Origin: Selaginella moellendorffii
Lineage: Eukaryota > Plantae > Lycopodiophyta
DNA: 64,000 nucleotides
Direction of reading: 5' to 3'
Assembly (NCBI RefSeq): GCF_000143415.4
Contig: NW_003314356.1
Coordinates: 558,001 to 622,000 of the forward strand
The translations under genes and the position numbers were made by a program. The notes beneath the pieces were generated by a model that was not told the origin of the DNA, did not search any database, and was given only the letters and a program-made list of their open reading frames with translations. Shown here piece after piece: positions 35,617 through 46,030 of the stretch (position 1 is the first letter of the stretch; the number at the start of each line of letters is the position of its first letter).

Positions 35617-36709
35617 ATGGCGACGAGTAAGTTTTGGCTCATCTCTAGCTAGCGATCGATCGACTGGGGCCTTGTTCCAGGGGCGCAGTTTGAGAACAGC
35701 AGTGACATTGGCGTCTTCTCCAAGCTCACTAATGCCTACTGCCTGGTAGCGATTGGAGGATCAGAGAATTTCTACAGGTGAGAGTTTTCGATCCATTACT
35801 TGGATTGATTTTTGTGAATTCTTTGTCTCAGCACCTTCGAGGCGGAGCTAGCCGACCACATTCCCGTAGTAAAGGTGTCCATCTCTGGGACAAGAGTGAT
35901 TGGAAGGATGTGTGTCGGTAAGAATTCTCGAAAGAGATCTAGGACTGAAAATGTGTGTCTCGTTTTGCGCAGGAAACAAAAACGGCTTGCTACTCCCAAA
36001 CTCGACGACCGATCAAGGTAAGTCTCGAGTGAAAGGTTTCTCTTTTCTTCGTTTTCTGCCAGAGGGGATTGTGTGATTTTCCAGAGCTTCTTCACATTCG
36101 GAACTCTCTTCCCGACCGTGTTGTGGTTCAAAGGGTGGATGAAAGGTTGTCTGCTTTGGGAAACTGCATTGCAACGAATGACTACGTTTCTCTCGTTCAC
36201 ACGGACTTGGACAAGGTAGACGTTTTCTCCATCCAGTCTTTGTTTCTTTGAAGCAATCAATGTGTCTGTTCCTCCAGGAAACCGAAGAACTCGTGGCCGA
36301 TGTGCTTGGAGTTGAAGTTTTCAGGCAGACCATCGCTGGGAACGTCTTGGTTGGAAGCTACGGCGTCTTCTCAAACAGAGGTGGACTGGTAAGAAGATCC
36401 TTGTCTGATCTTTCTCGTGAACTTTTTTGAGGAACTTTTCTGTTGTCACAGGTGCATCCTCACACATCGATCGAAGATCTGGACGAGCTATCGTCGCTGT
36501 TGCAAGTCCCGCTGGTTGCAGGCACTGTCAACCGCGGGAGCGACGTGATCGGCGCTGGGCTGATCGTGAACGACTGGACAGCCTTTTGCGGCCTCGACAC
36601 CACCACCACCGAGCTCTCGGTTGTGGAGAGCGTTTTCAAGCTCCGAGAGTCTCAACCCAGTGCCATTGTCAACGAGATGAGAGCTTCGCTCATCGATACG
36701 CTTGCCTGA
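35617..36709 (+). CDS. EIF6: Eukaryotic translation initiation factor 6
   Basis: MATR|[32 protein letters not shown] and [14 protein letters not shown]...[15 protein letters not shown]. Confidence 0.97.
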
Positions 36710-36798
36710 GAACTGAAAAAAAAAAAAAGGAAACTAAGCTTTGCTTTCATGGGTTTTTTGCGCTTTGTTTGATCTTTTAGGTACTTGGAAAGCTAGCT

Positions 36799-37599
36799 AT
36801 GGGTACTCTGGGCTGGGATGGCGCTTGGTTTTACAAGCAAAGGTTGGGTTTTGATAGGAAAAGCAGCAAAGGACGAGCAGGGAAGAACAGCAGCGGCAGC
36901 ACTAGTAGTTCTAGCGGAAGATTTCCATTCAAGCAAGCTATGGTGGCTGGATCTTTAGCTTTGACAGGCGATACCATTGCTCAGCTTCGTGGGCGATGGA
37001 ACCAGCACAAGAACAGCGACGCTTGGGAGGTAGGCTAGCAGTCTTGGCGTGGCTGTGATCTTCCTGTTCTTCCAGAGGGAGCTATGGAATCACGATTGGG
37101 TGAGGGCGCTGAGGATGGCCAGCTATGGGTTCTTGCTCTACGGCCCAGGATCGCAGGCTTGGTACGAGCTCCTCGATTGGTACTTCCCTGCCAAGACGAT
37201 GAGAAATCTATCCATCAAGGTGAGATTCTTACGCCAAGTTTGTGTTGTTTGCTCACGAATCTCGCCGCGACGCGACAGATTGTTTTGAATCAGCTGGTGC
37301 TCGGCCCATGCGTGATTCTCGTAATCTTCGCGTGGAATAGCATCTGGCAAGGCCAAGCTCGCGAGCTCCCATCAATGTACAAGAACAAGGCATTGCCTAC
37401 GCTCGTCGATGGTAGAATAGAAGAATCAAAATCTCTCCTTTCTCACCGATTTCTCGATTCTTTGGCAGGATGGAAGTTTTGGATTCCTGCCAGCGCGCTC
37501 AATTTCAGTGTCGTGCCTCTGGATGCTCGAGTTGGATTCATGTCGTGCTGCTCGATTTTTTGGAACTTCTACCTCTCCAATGCCATGGGAAAACGCTGA
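36799..37599 (+). CDS. Mpv17/PMP22 (SYM1-like) membrane protein
   Basis: GSLALTGDTIAQ, HDWVRALRMASYGF, NQLVLGP and GWKFWIPASALNFSVVP...FWNFYLS. Confidence 0.9.
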
Positions 37600-37730
37600 A
37601 GATCTTCCCTTGTTCCTTGTCCGCTCGTCAATAAACTTCTCTGTCACCGGCACGTGCCAGTGGGATACCGGCTCTGCCAGTAAAAGCCCGGGAAACTTAG
37701 GGCAGCGCCCTAGCTGGAAGAAGAGCAGTC

Positions 37731-40294
37731 ATGGCGGCTACAGCTAGGGTTTGTGAGCGCCAGGATCAACTCCCCTTTCTGGAGCGACGGATCTTGTTCC
37801 ATCCCCCCAAAGACACTGCATTGCTCGCGGCATTGCCTCCAGGTATCGAGCCGCTCAATCACGGATTCAATGCGGCGACTCGTCCTCCTCCTCCGAGCCT
37901 TTCCAAGTCGCCCGATGGCAAAGGGATCAAGCGATCATGGGAGGAAGCGAATGGCGAGCCGCAGAAGGATTTTGGAGAGAATGTGCTACCCGAGCTGGGA
38001 GCTCCCCTCCGGATTGTGAGTATTTGTAGGGGTTTTGGGAGGTTTAGCCTAACTTTGTGCTTGATAGGGAGCCGGGCTTACAAATCTCGGTAACACTTGC
38101 TTCCTCAACTCTGTCTTGCAATGCCTTACGTACACGCAGCCCTTGGCGGAGTTTCTCAAAAGCGGCCAACACAAGCTCTTGTGTAAGTCTGTCTAGTAGT
38201 GTTTTCTCTTTACTGCAGCTTATCGCTTCTATTTGTCGCAGGTCGAAAGTCTGGATTTTGTGCAATGTGCGCTCTGGAAGGGCACGTCAGGAATGCATTG
38301 CAGTCATGGGGAAAGGTGATAGCTCCCAATCATATGGTGAAAAACTTGCGCAGTAAGTCTTTATAGATTATAGATTTCTCGCGTAAACTATTCGAATGCA
38401 GGCATATCACGTGCGTTTCAACCTTGGAGACAGGAAGATGCGCATGAGTTTTTAAGATATCTCATGGAGGCTTTGCAGAAAGACTGTCTTCCTAGCAAAA
38501 CGCCGATGAACTCCCCGGAACAAGAAAAAACTCTTCTGTACAAAATCTTCGGTGGTCGTCTTCGAAGTCAGGTATTTGCCTAGTTACACTGTGTAGGAGC
38601 TGAATTACGAGCATTTTCTGGCAGGTGAAATGCAGTAATTGTCTGGAACGTTCAGAAACTGTTGATCCTTTTCTAGACCTGAGCTTGGACATCACACGGG
38701 CAGACTCGCTGGGCAAGGCCCTCGCATGGTTTACAGCCAATGAGATACTCGATGGTGATAACAAGTATCACTGCGAGAAATGCAAGAAGAAAGTGCGTGC
38801 CATAAAGCGGTTTACGATCGAAACCGCGCCAAACGTCCTAACAGTTCAGTTCAAGCGTTTCAGCAGCACTGGCTTACATGGGCAAAAGATAGACAAGAAG
38901 GTTCACTTTGGAAGAAAGCTAGACATCACTCCTTTTATGAGTAACGCCAGGGTAAGCCAGGGTAGCTGCTTCACTTTTTATAGCTAACGCTGCCCAGCAG
39001 GATGGTGCGGTTTATGACTTGTATGGTGTGCTGGTGCACGCGGGGTGGTCAACCCGTTCTGGACACTACTATTGTTTTGTACGCACTTCCTCCGATATGT
39101 GGCACGTCTTAGATGACTCTCGGGTATGAGCGTCTTTACCTTGTGTGCTTATTAAAGCTATTTTACATGCAGGTTCAACAGCTGAGCGAACAAACTGTTC
39201 TGAACCAAAAGGCTTACATACTCTTCTATATCCGTAAGACGCCAACACAGAGACTCCCCTCGGCGCCTGCTACAGAGATTTCAGGAAAGAAGATTGCTAC
39301 CACAAAGCCTCTTCATATGCCGGATGCTGTGCCAGCTGCTAAAATCGAGGAAAGGGAAACAAGTTTACGAGAGCAGGAAGTCCCCGCTGCTACTATAACC
39401 AAGGAAAGAGAAGAAAATTCGCCAGATAAAGTTGTTACAGCCAAAGCAAAGGAAACTGTGCCAGCTGCTACGGACGAGGAGGGAAAAGCAATTTCGGAAG
39501 AGGACATCTGTTCTCTCTCCCCTGTAGCTCCGTCCGCGGAAAAGCGTGCTAGTCCTGAGCCAGAATTGAAAAAGGAGGTAACATTTTGAGTCATTGTTTC
39601 TGTTTATGTTGCTTACTGTGTTGTCTACAGGGAACTGTCCCGGCAAGCAGAATCGAGCCCGAAAACCAAGCGCCTTCGATGGTGGACAAGGGGTCAACTA
39701 AAAAGCTGGACAAACGTGATCCGGAAAAACTTGAGAGAGAATTACCGAAAGGCCAAATCTCCCTCAAGAAGTTCGACACGGATCCGCCAAGAAGACCTGA
39801 GAAGGGCTACCTGAAGTTACTTAAAGCTATGCCCAAGAACAGGCGCTTGTTGATGGAAAAGGCTCTTGAAGGTGGAATTGCTGAAGGGACGGCTGCCTCC
39901 AAAAGCAAAAAGCTCGTGGAGAACGACGATCCCAAGAAGAAAAAGAAGTGCAGTCCAAATGAGCTGTTTGGAACTGGAGGTACATACTTTTCTCCGATCT
40001 CTGTAAGTGACTCTGTACTGCAGTTGCACGATGGGAGGGTGTCGATGGGAAAGAAGTCGATGGCTTTCTTAGCCAAGAACACAAGGTCTCAACAAAGAGA
40101 CCCGATGAGTGGTATGAGAATTTAGTTCTTCTCCATCTGTCTTACACCTCTTCTGTTTTCTCAGGGATGAAGAGTATGATCGTGGTAGACTTAAAAAGCT
40201 CCGACGAAGTGCCGGAGGTGGAAGGCTTACTCCTCTGAAAAGCTGCGAGAACGCGAATCCATTCCAAGCTCTTACTTCCAAAAAGAAGAGCTGA
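37731..40294 (+). CDS. UBP23: Ubiquitin-specific protease, UBP23/USP36-42-like
   Basis: Cys box [26 protein letters not shown], His box [14 protein letters not shown] and C-terminal [14 protein letters not shown]. Confidence 0.88.
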
Positions 40295-40619
40295 AGTTTT
40301 TCATAACCGCGAGTGTAAATTAAAGAGGTATGGAAGTGTCACAACACAAATAAGTGGTGAAACTCCGACACGTTTTTCAGGAATGAATCTAAAATTTTTT
40401 AAAATCTACCGCGCGCGAGAGAGATATGCCACCGCAGGACGGAATATGCGACCACAGTGGAGCGATCTCGTACAGTCGTGGTGGCGGCTTCCGCGAGAGA
40501 GGAATAAAATTACAATGGCGACGATGGAAAATTCTATCCCAGGGCTTGGAGGCTGGAGTGGCCAGCAAGTTTAAGAACCAGATGATCCAATCTCCTCTGG
40601 CTAGCGCGAGTTCTTGGCG

Positions 40620-41519
40620 ATGGCGGCCGCGCGGCTCAAATGCGTGACCCTGGATGTCACTGGCACGCTCATGGCGTACAAGGGCGAGCTCGGCGACTAC
40701 TATTGCATGTCCGCCAAGGCGCTGGGGCTGCCGTGCCCGGATTACAAGCGCGTCCACGAGGGATTCAAGGCTGCCTACGCGGAGATGAGCAAGAAATTCC
40801 CATGCTTCGGCTATGGCCATCTCTCGGATGTGGAGTGGTGGAGGCGGTGCGTGCGCGATTCTTTCATCAGGGTACGTGCTATAGCTCCTCTCTCGATGCA
40901 TTGGTCTCATGTTTGATCGGCCAGGCGGGCTATTCCTTCGATCCGGACACCGGGGAGCAGATTTTCAATCGAATCCATGCGATGTTTGGATCCACGGCGC
41001 CGTACACGATCTTCCCGGACGCGCAGCCATTCCTCCGCTGGGCTCGGGCGAGTGGATTGAGCGTTGGGATCGTGAGCAATGCAGAGTCGCGCTACCGGGA
41101 TGTGATTCTCCCGGCCCTGGGTCTCAATCAGGTATCAAAGCTATCGATCTTTCGATTTTCCTGCCAATGGGGCTCACGATCGATCATGGTGTCGCCAGGG
41201 ATCGGAGTGGGACTTTGGTGTCTTCTCGGGCCTCGAGGGCGTGGAGAAGCCCGACCCAGGAATCTACAAGCTCGCATTGGAGAAGGCGGGCAATGTTCCT
41301 CCCAGCATGGCGCTCCACATCGGGGATAGCTTGAGGAAGGACTATCTCCCGGCGCAGAGCCTCGGGATCCATGCGATACTCCTCGATCGATTCAAGACGG
41401 CCGAGGCCGCGCGATTGAAAGAGAGTGGAGTGATCGTTCTGCCCGATCTCCCCGCCGCGCAGCAATGGATTCTCCACAACTGTAGCGTCCAGCAAATGGC
41501 GAATAACGAAAGGGCTTGA
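40620..41519 (+). CDS. HAD-like hydrolase, HDHD3-like
   Basis: LKCVTLDVTGTLMAY (motif I), GIVSNAE, GVEKPDPGIY and LHIGDSLRKDY. Confidence 0.9.
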
Positions 41520-41651
41520 TTAACTTAGCCCGTCTGCGTACGAAAGTGTGTGCCGTACATTGCCGCGTTAGGTTCTAGACCGTACGTTATAGTACGGAGG
41601 TGCCGTGACCGTACATTGTCAAATTTAGGGTTCTAGAGCAAAATATTTCTT

Positions 41652-42010
41652 GGCGGACGCTCGCGGTGGCGGCGGCGGTGGCGGCGGCAATCTCTCCGTT
41701 CTCGTGCACGCTGGAGGTGCGGCGTTGTAGCCTGTCCATGGCGCGGCGATGCTAGATTGCTGCTAGGATTCTCTGCTGATCAATCCGAGAAGGCGGAGAA
41801 GGAGAAGAACAAGAAGCACGGGGATCACTCTGCTAAAGACTAAGTCAAGAACAAGGAGCAGTCGGCTCGGCGCGGCTTGTGATGGCGGTGCTGGTGAAGC
41901 GAGCAATTTCGGCCAAAGGTGAGCGTCTAGAGTGTCGTTGAGTGCTTTCATGGATATTCTCACCCTGGCAACCAGAACTATAGAAGAATTTGGCGCAGTG
42001 GCTTGTCTTT
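41652..42010 (+). pseudogene. Decayed PCC1 copy with a ~145-bp foreign insertion
   Basis: Colinear with 48445-48768 (ISPFSCTLEV; SARLVMAVL; SAFMDILTLAT..IEEFGAV), but the ATG is lost, two internal deletions are present and there is an insertion at ~41720-41865. Confidence 0.85.
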
Positions 42011-42141
42011 ATTGCTGGAACTCCTCCTTCCTGTGCTGCGTGTGTGTGTGGAGGATTTGTGGCCAGCCGGCCACTCCGACACGTTAGCGAACTTACTTAT
42101 ATCTCGACCGCCAGTGTTTTCTCATTTCCTTCCTGCGAGCT

Positions 42142-42568
42142 ATGGCAGGAGGTAGCGATTCAAGATCTCTAGAGTTAACTCCTACATGGCCATGTGTACG
42201 TTGTTCGTTCGTGACGATCTTTCATTCAGTGGCTATCCAGAACAAAGAGGAAACCCCTCTATGGTTTGTTTGTTCAATCAGGCTCTGTTGCAATGTTGTT
42301 TCAGAGTTGATGCTTCTTCCTCATCACCATAACTGCGTCTTTCCTTTTTTAATAAGCAACGCATGCCTTGTCACCTCCCATCCTCCGGGAAAGGGGCTGA
42401 TCACTTGTTCGTAAGCAATCGGCGGCGGGAAGTCGCTTCACTAGAAAACACTTGCTCGGAGGTTTGTAGATTCATTCAATTGGCTCGGGTCTCGTTCGTA
42501 AACTCCTGTCCTTTGTCCAGGGCTACGAACCATTTATCTCTTTCCTGGGCCTTGAGAAACTACACATA
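42142..42568 (+). pseudogene. Decayed MLO 5' half
   Basis: MAGGSDSRSLELTPTW followed by multiple deletions. Colinear with 48929-49530 and ending at ...AACTACACA. Confidence 0.85.
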
Positions 42569-43345
42569 TGTCAGTTGCCAAACTCGTCGTCGTCTTCTTT
42601 TGTTTGACAAGCGTACTTTGGCAGCATGCCGGTTCTCATTCTCTCAACCTCGAAAATGTTGTATACTCTGGTTCAATGGCGCATATTGAGCAGCAAAATG
42701 GTAGGATTCTTAACGATCATCCGCGCTATTGCAATTCGTTGCTTTTGACCACCAGTGAAGAAGATAATGTTACAAACAACACATCTATTAAACACAAAAC
42801 GAAATACCTTAATCCAACAGTATCCTTGAACTCGTCCTCCAACGACCGAATCATGTAGCTGTGAAAATTTGTTTCTCCAAAAGCTCAAACTAGTTTCTCA
42901 GTGACTGTGTGAGCAACTTTAGAAACTCACGCAACGCCAAGTAGTCGGATTTTGAAGAACGCAACCAGCAGTGACTCCAGCTATCTCACTCGGATCCGGC
43001 TCGACTGTCGCTCCCCCGTGTACAGCCAGCACCAAACTTCTGCTCGAGCCAACAAGATCAAGAGAGAACGAGCAAGGAGAACTCAGTCAGCTCTCACCCA
43101 GCCAAGTGACCCATCCAGAATTGAGCGCCACGATAAACATAGCGATCGCGAACTGCCAGGTAATTAAGCATTACTTTTCAAAGTTCCCCGGAAGAACACT
43201 GAGTTTTGCTTTTCGTGCTTACTTTCAGCACAGCAGATGTGCCGCCGCATCCCTGTCACTCTGATTTGTGGCGAGAGCATTGACGATCCGGCCAAAGTAG
43301 TACATGTTGATCGGAAGGACGAGGCTGTGCACGATGGCTGCCAAG
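42569..43345 (-). pseudogene. Mosaic of inverted ABCB fragments with intercalated MLO fragments
   Basis: 42690-42755 is the ABCB NBD1 piece [21 protein letters not shown] (cf. 54333-54395). 42760-42950 contains MLO exon/intron pieces (cf. 49977-50310). 42952-43345 is the ABCB 5' region (cf. 52410-52930). Confidence 0.8.
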
Positions 43346-43614
43346 CTGCAAAGTGACACACTAATAGGAATGTAAAAGAGCATGATTGGGACATTAAAAC
43401 ACAAGCTCTGCGTTACAGGTTTTTGCTAGGCTGATTTTGTCACAGTTAGACGAAAGAAGATGGTGGATACCATCCAAGAATGTCCATTCCAACAACAGTG
43501 GACTATCTCGAAAATCACCTCAACAATAAAGTTTGTTTGCACGTAAACTATTTTATTCGTTATTAAAGGTCTTCCAGATATAATTATAGCTTATGGTTTT
43601 TGTTATGAAACTTT

Positions 43615-44487
43615 TTATATTACGCATTGTGTGGCCATTTTACAAGTCAATTGCTGGTATGGATCTCCACACATTTGGCGAGTCCCATCCTCAAAGAAAG
43701 TGGAAGAAAGAGCTCTCTCGGCACTCCATCTCTCCTCCGGCTCCCAAACCAGCATGTTGTCCAGCAGCTCAAGAATATCTTCGTCGCCAATCTCCCTGTG
43801 GAGCCTCTCCTTGATCTCCTCCACCACCCTGTAAAGCTCTCTGGCGGCGTGGCTCTCGCGTACAACGCTGAAAGGGTTGTACCCTAGAACCAGCTCCGCG
43901 AGGATCACTCCAGCGCTCCACACGTCCACGCCACTTCCCAGCTCTTGGGTGTCGCCCAGGATGATCTCCGGCGCGTTGTAGGCCAGCGTTCCAATCGTTT
44001 CTGGGTCTCTTGGGGGCGTCGTGACCCTTCTCGCGTGATCAAAGTCGCACAGCTTCACCTTGGTGCCCTCCTTGTTGATCAGGACGTTGGCGGTCTTGAT
44101 ATCCTGGTGAACGATGCCATGCTCGTGCATGTAGGCCAGGGCTTGAAGGATCTGCTCGATGATCGTCTTGATCTCCTCCCTGTTGAGGGTTCTCTTCATA
44201 AGCATGCCCAATCTCTTCTTGAACTTGTAGAGATCCCCAAACATGTGCTCGAACACCATGTACGTTTTACCTCCAATCGAGCCCACGTCCAAAAGCTTGA
44301 CAATGTTTTCATGTTGACATTCTTGTAGAAGACCATAGACCAGCTTCGTTTCCTCGTGTAGGTTTAGATGCTCTACCATCTCTTTGATGGCGACCTTCTC
44401 CATAGTGTCAAGATTTATCCCCCCTCTCACCGTTCCACCAGTACCACGCCCCAGCCTTGTCGAGTAATCGATTGAGTATCGCATCAT
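43615..44487 (-). CDS. Intronless atypical Ser/Thr kinase (CMGC/CDK-like), copy 1
   Basis: 290-aa intact ORF with GRGTGG, VAIK, HENIVKLLDV, HQDIKTAN, DFD, GTLAYNAPE and DVWSAG. Confidence 0.88.
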   Translation of the reverse strand: MMRYSIDYSTRLGRGTGGTVRGGINLDTMEKVAIKEMVEHLNLHEETKLVYGLLQECQHENIVKLLDVGSIGGKTYMVFEHMFGDLYKFKKRLGMLMKRTLNREEIKTIIEQILQALAYMHEHGIVHQDIKTANVLINKEGTKVKLCDFDHARRVTTPPRDPETIGTLAYNAPEIILGDTQELGSGVDVWSAGVILAELVLGYNPFSVVRESHAARELYRVVEEIKERLHREIGDEDILELLDNMLVWEPEERWSAERALSSTFFEDGTRQMCGDPYQQLTCKMATQCVI

Positions 44488-44569
44488 CTCTCTTACTTCG
44501 TTGTGACGATAAAAAAAAAGGGTTCATTAGCACAACACTTTAAAATAAAAGTTTTGCCTTTTTGACTAA

Positions 44570-46030
44570 CTAAATGAAGCCCTCTTTTTCTGTTAAAGAA
44601 TACTTACTAAAAGTTAACACATGTCTTGATGATGATCCTTCTGGCACTGCTCGTAGCTCCTGTCCAAAAGAAGCAATCGCGCTGCGGTCTATGGTGCTCA
44701 TGTCCATCACGCTGCTGTGATCTTTGTTTCTCTTCTTTGCTGCCTTCTTCCAGTTGTGAATCGAGTCCACTATGTGTTCTTGAAATATCGCTCTCTTGTA
44801 GTTGGATCCCATCTACGTACGAGCATTGTCGTCAGTATACATGCGGTGACATTTAAAACTTTGCTTACCTGTGTCACAAGAGCATGGAGAGGTAACGTGC
44901 TATAGCTGCATAGTATTTGCACCAAGAACCTGATCACCAGACAATGTTACCTCTACCTGATTCACGCAAAACTTTCAAACTTACCCGGTGACAACTCGCG
45001 AATACGAGAAGATCCTATTTTGCATCAAGCAAGAGTCCCAGCCGAATTGCCACTGAAAAATGCATTCCAGGATTAATTCACTTCCTTGCAACTTTTCATT
45101 ATAACTTACCCAAAAGCAAAGAAAAGCCTGTAAAAACGTAAGAGATGTCACTGTGGTGCCAATTCAAGCGGCAGAAGCCAAACCAAACCTGGAAGAGAAT
45201 GAAATGGATCAGATGTAGCATCAATCGCGGTTTGTTGAACCAAAACAGTGTGTCTCGAGGTTTTAAACCTGCTATCCGTGGGCCAGACAATCCAGAATCT
45301 TCCTGGCGATTCCATACTGGAGTTTCGCTCCGACCACTAATGGCAAAGTTTAGAAGAGATAAATTAAAACTAAAGAAACAAAAGAAAAGAAAAACACCAT
45401 ACCGCGATGGGAACAAGTGACATCCAGAAAAATAAGTTGACCCTGAAAAAGATTATGTTACAAACAAGAAGCGGAAAGAGAAAAACCTGCTAACCATGAA
45501 CATCAACAAGAAAAAACAGACAACAAACTTCCAGAAAATGATGCTGCAAGGAGCAAAAATAAAGAAGAACGTGGCATTAGCATTTTACCAACCACAGAAC
45601 TAAATACCTTATTCCAACAATATCTTTGTACTCATCCTCCAACGATCAAATCATGTAGCTGTGAAAATCATATCTGGGGCGTGTCTCATGCTTCTGCAAC
45701 AACTCAGCGTTATTTTTTGTGATCAACTTACCGTCACAAAGCCCGTACGCAAGGCCAAATAGTCGGATTTGGTTACCGACTGGGCAAATTGAAGGAAGAA
45801 TCAGAGGAGTTTATCAAGAACTGCTCGCTCCATGATCAGAGACTACTGACCACACCAAGCAAGAGCTGTTCTTGCTCCACAAGGTCGATGCGCAAATGTT
45901 GATTGACACTTTAGAGTCAAGGTTCTCAAAGTTTTAGTTAAAGAGGTTCAAACCGTAAGTAAAATTACGAGGTTCATTGATGATCCTTCATAATAGCGAA
46001 GAGAATAGTCAGACACGAGTATAAAATGGA
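44570..46030 (-). pseudogene. Inverted MLO 3' half, decayed
   Basis: Near-identical to 49560-51254 but with deletions: an acceptor lost near 45340, ~18 nt lost near 45126, and a C-terminal deletion near 44640. Confidence 0.85.
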
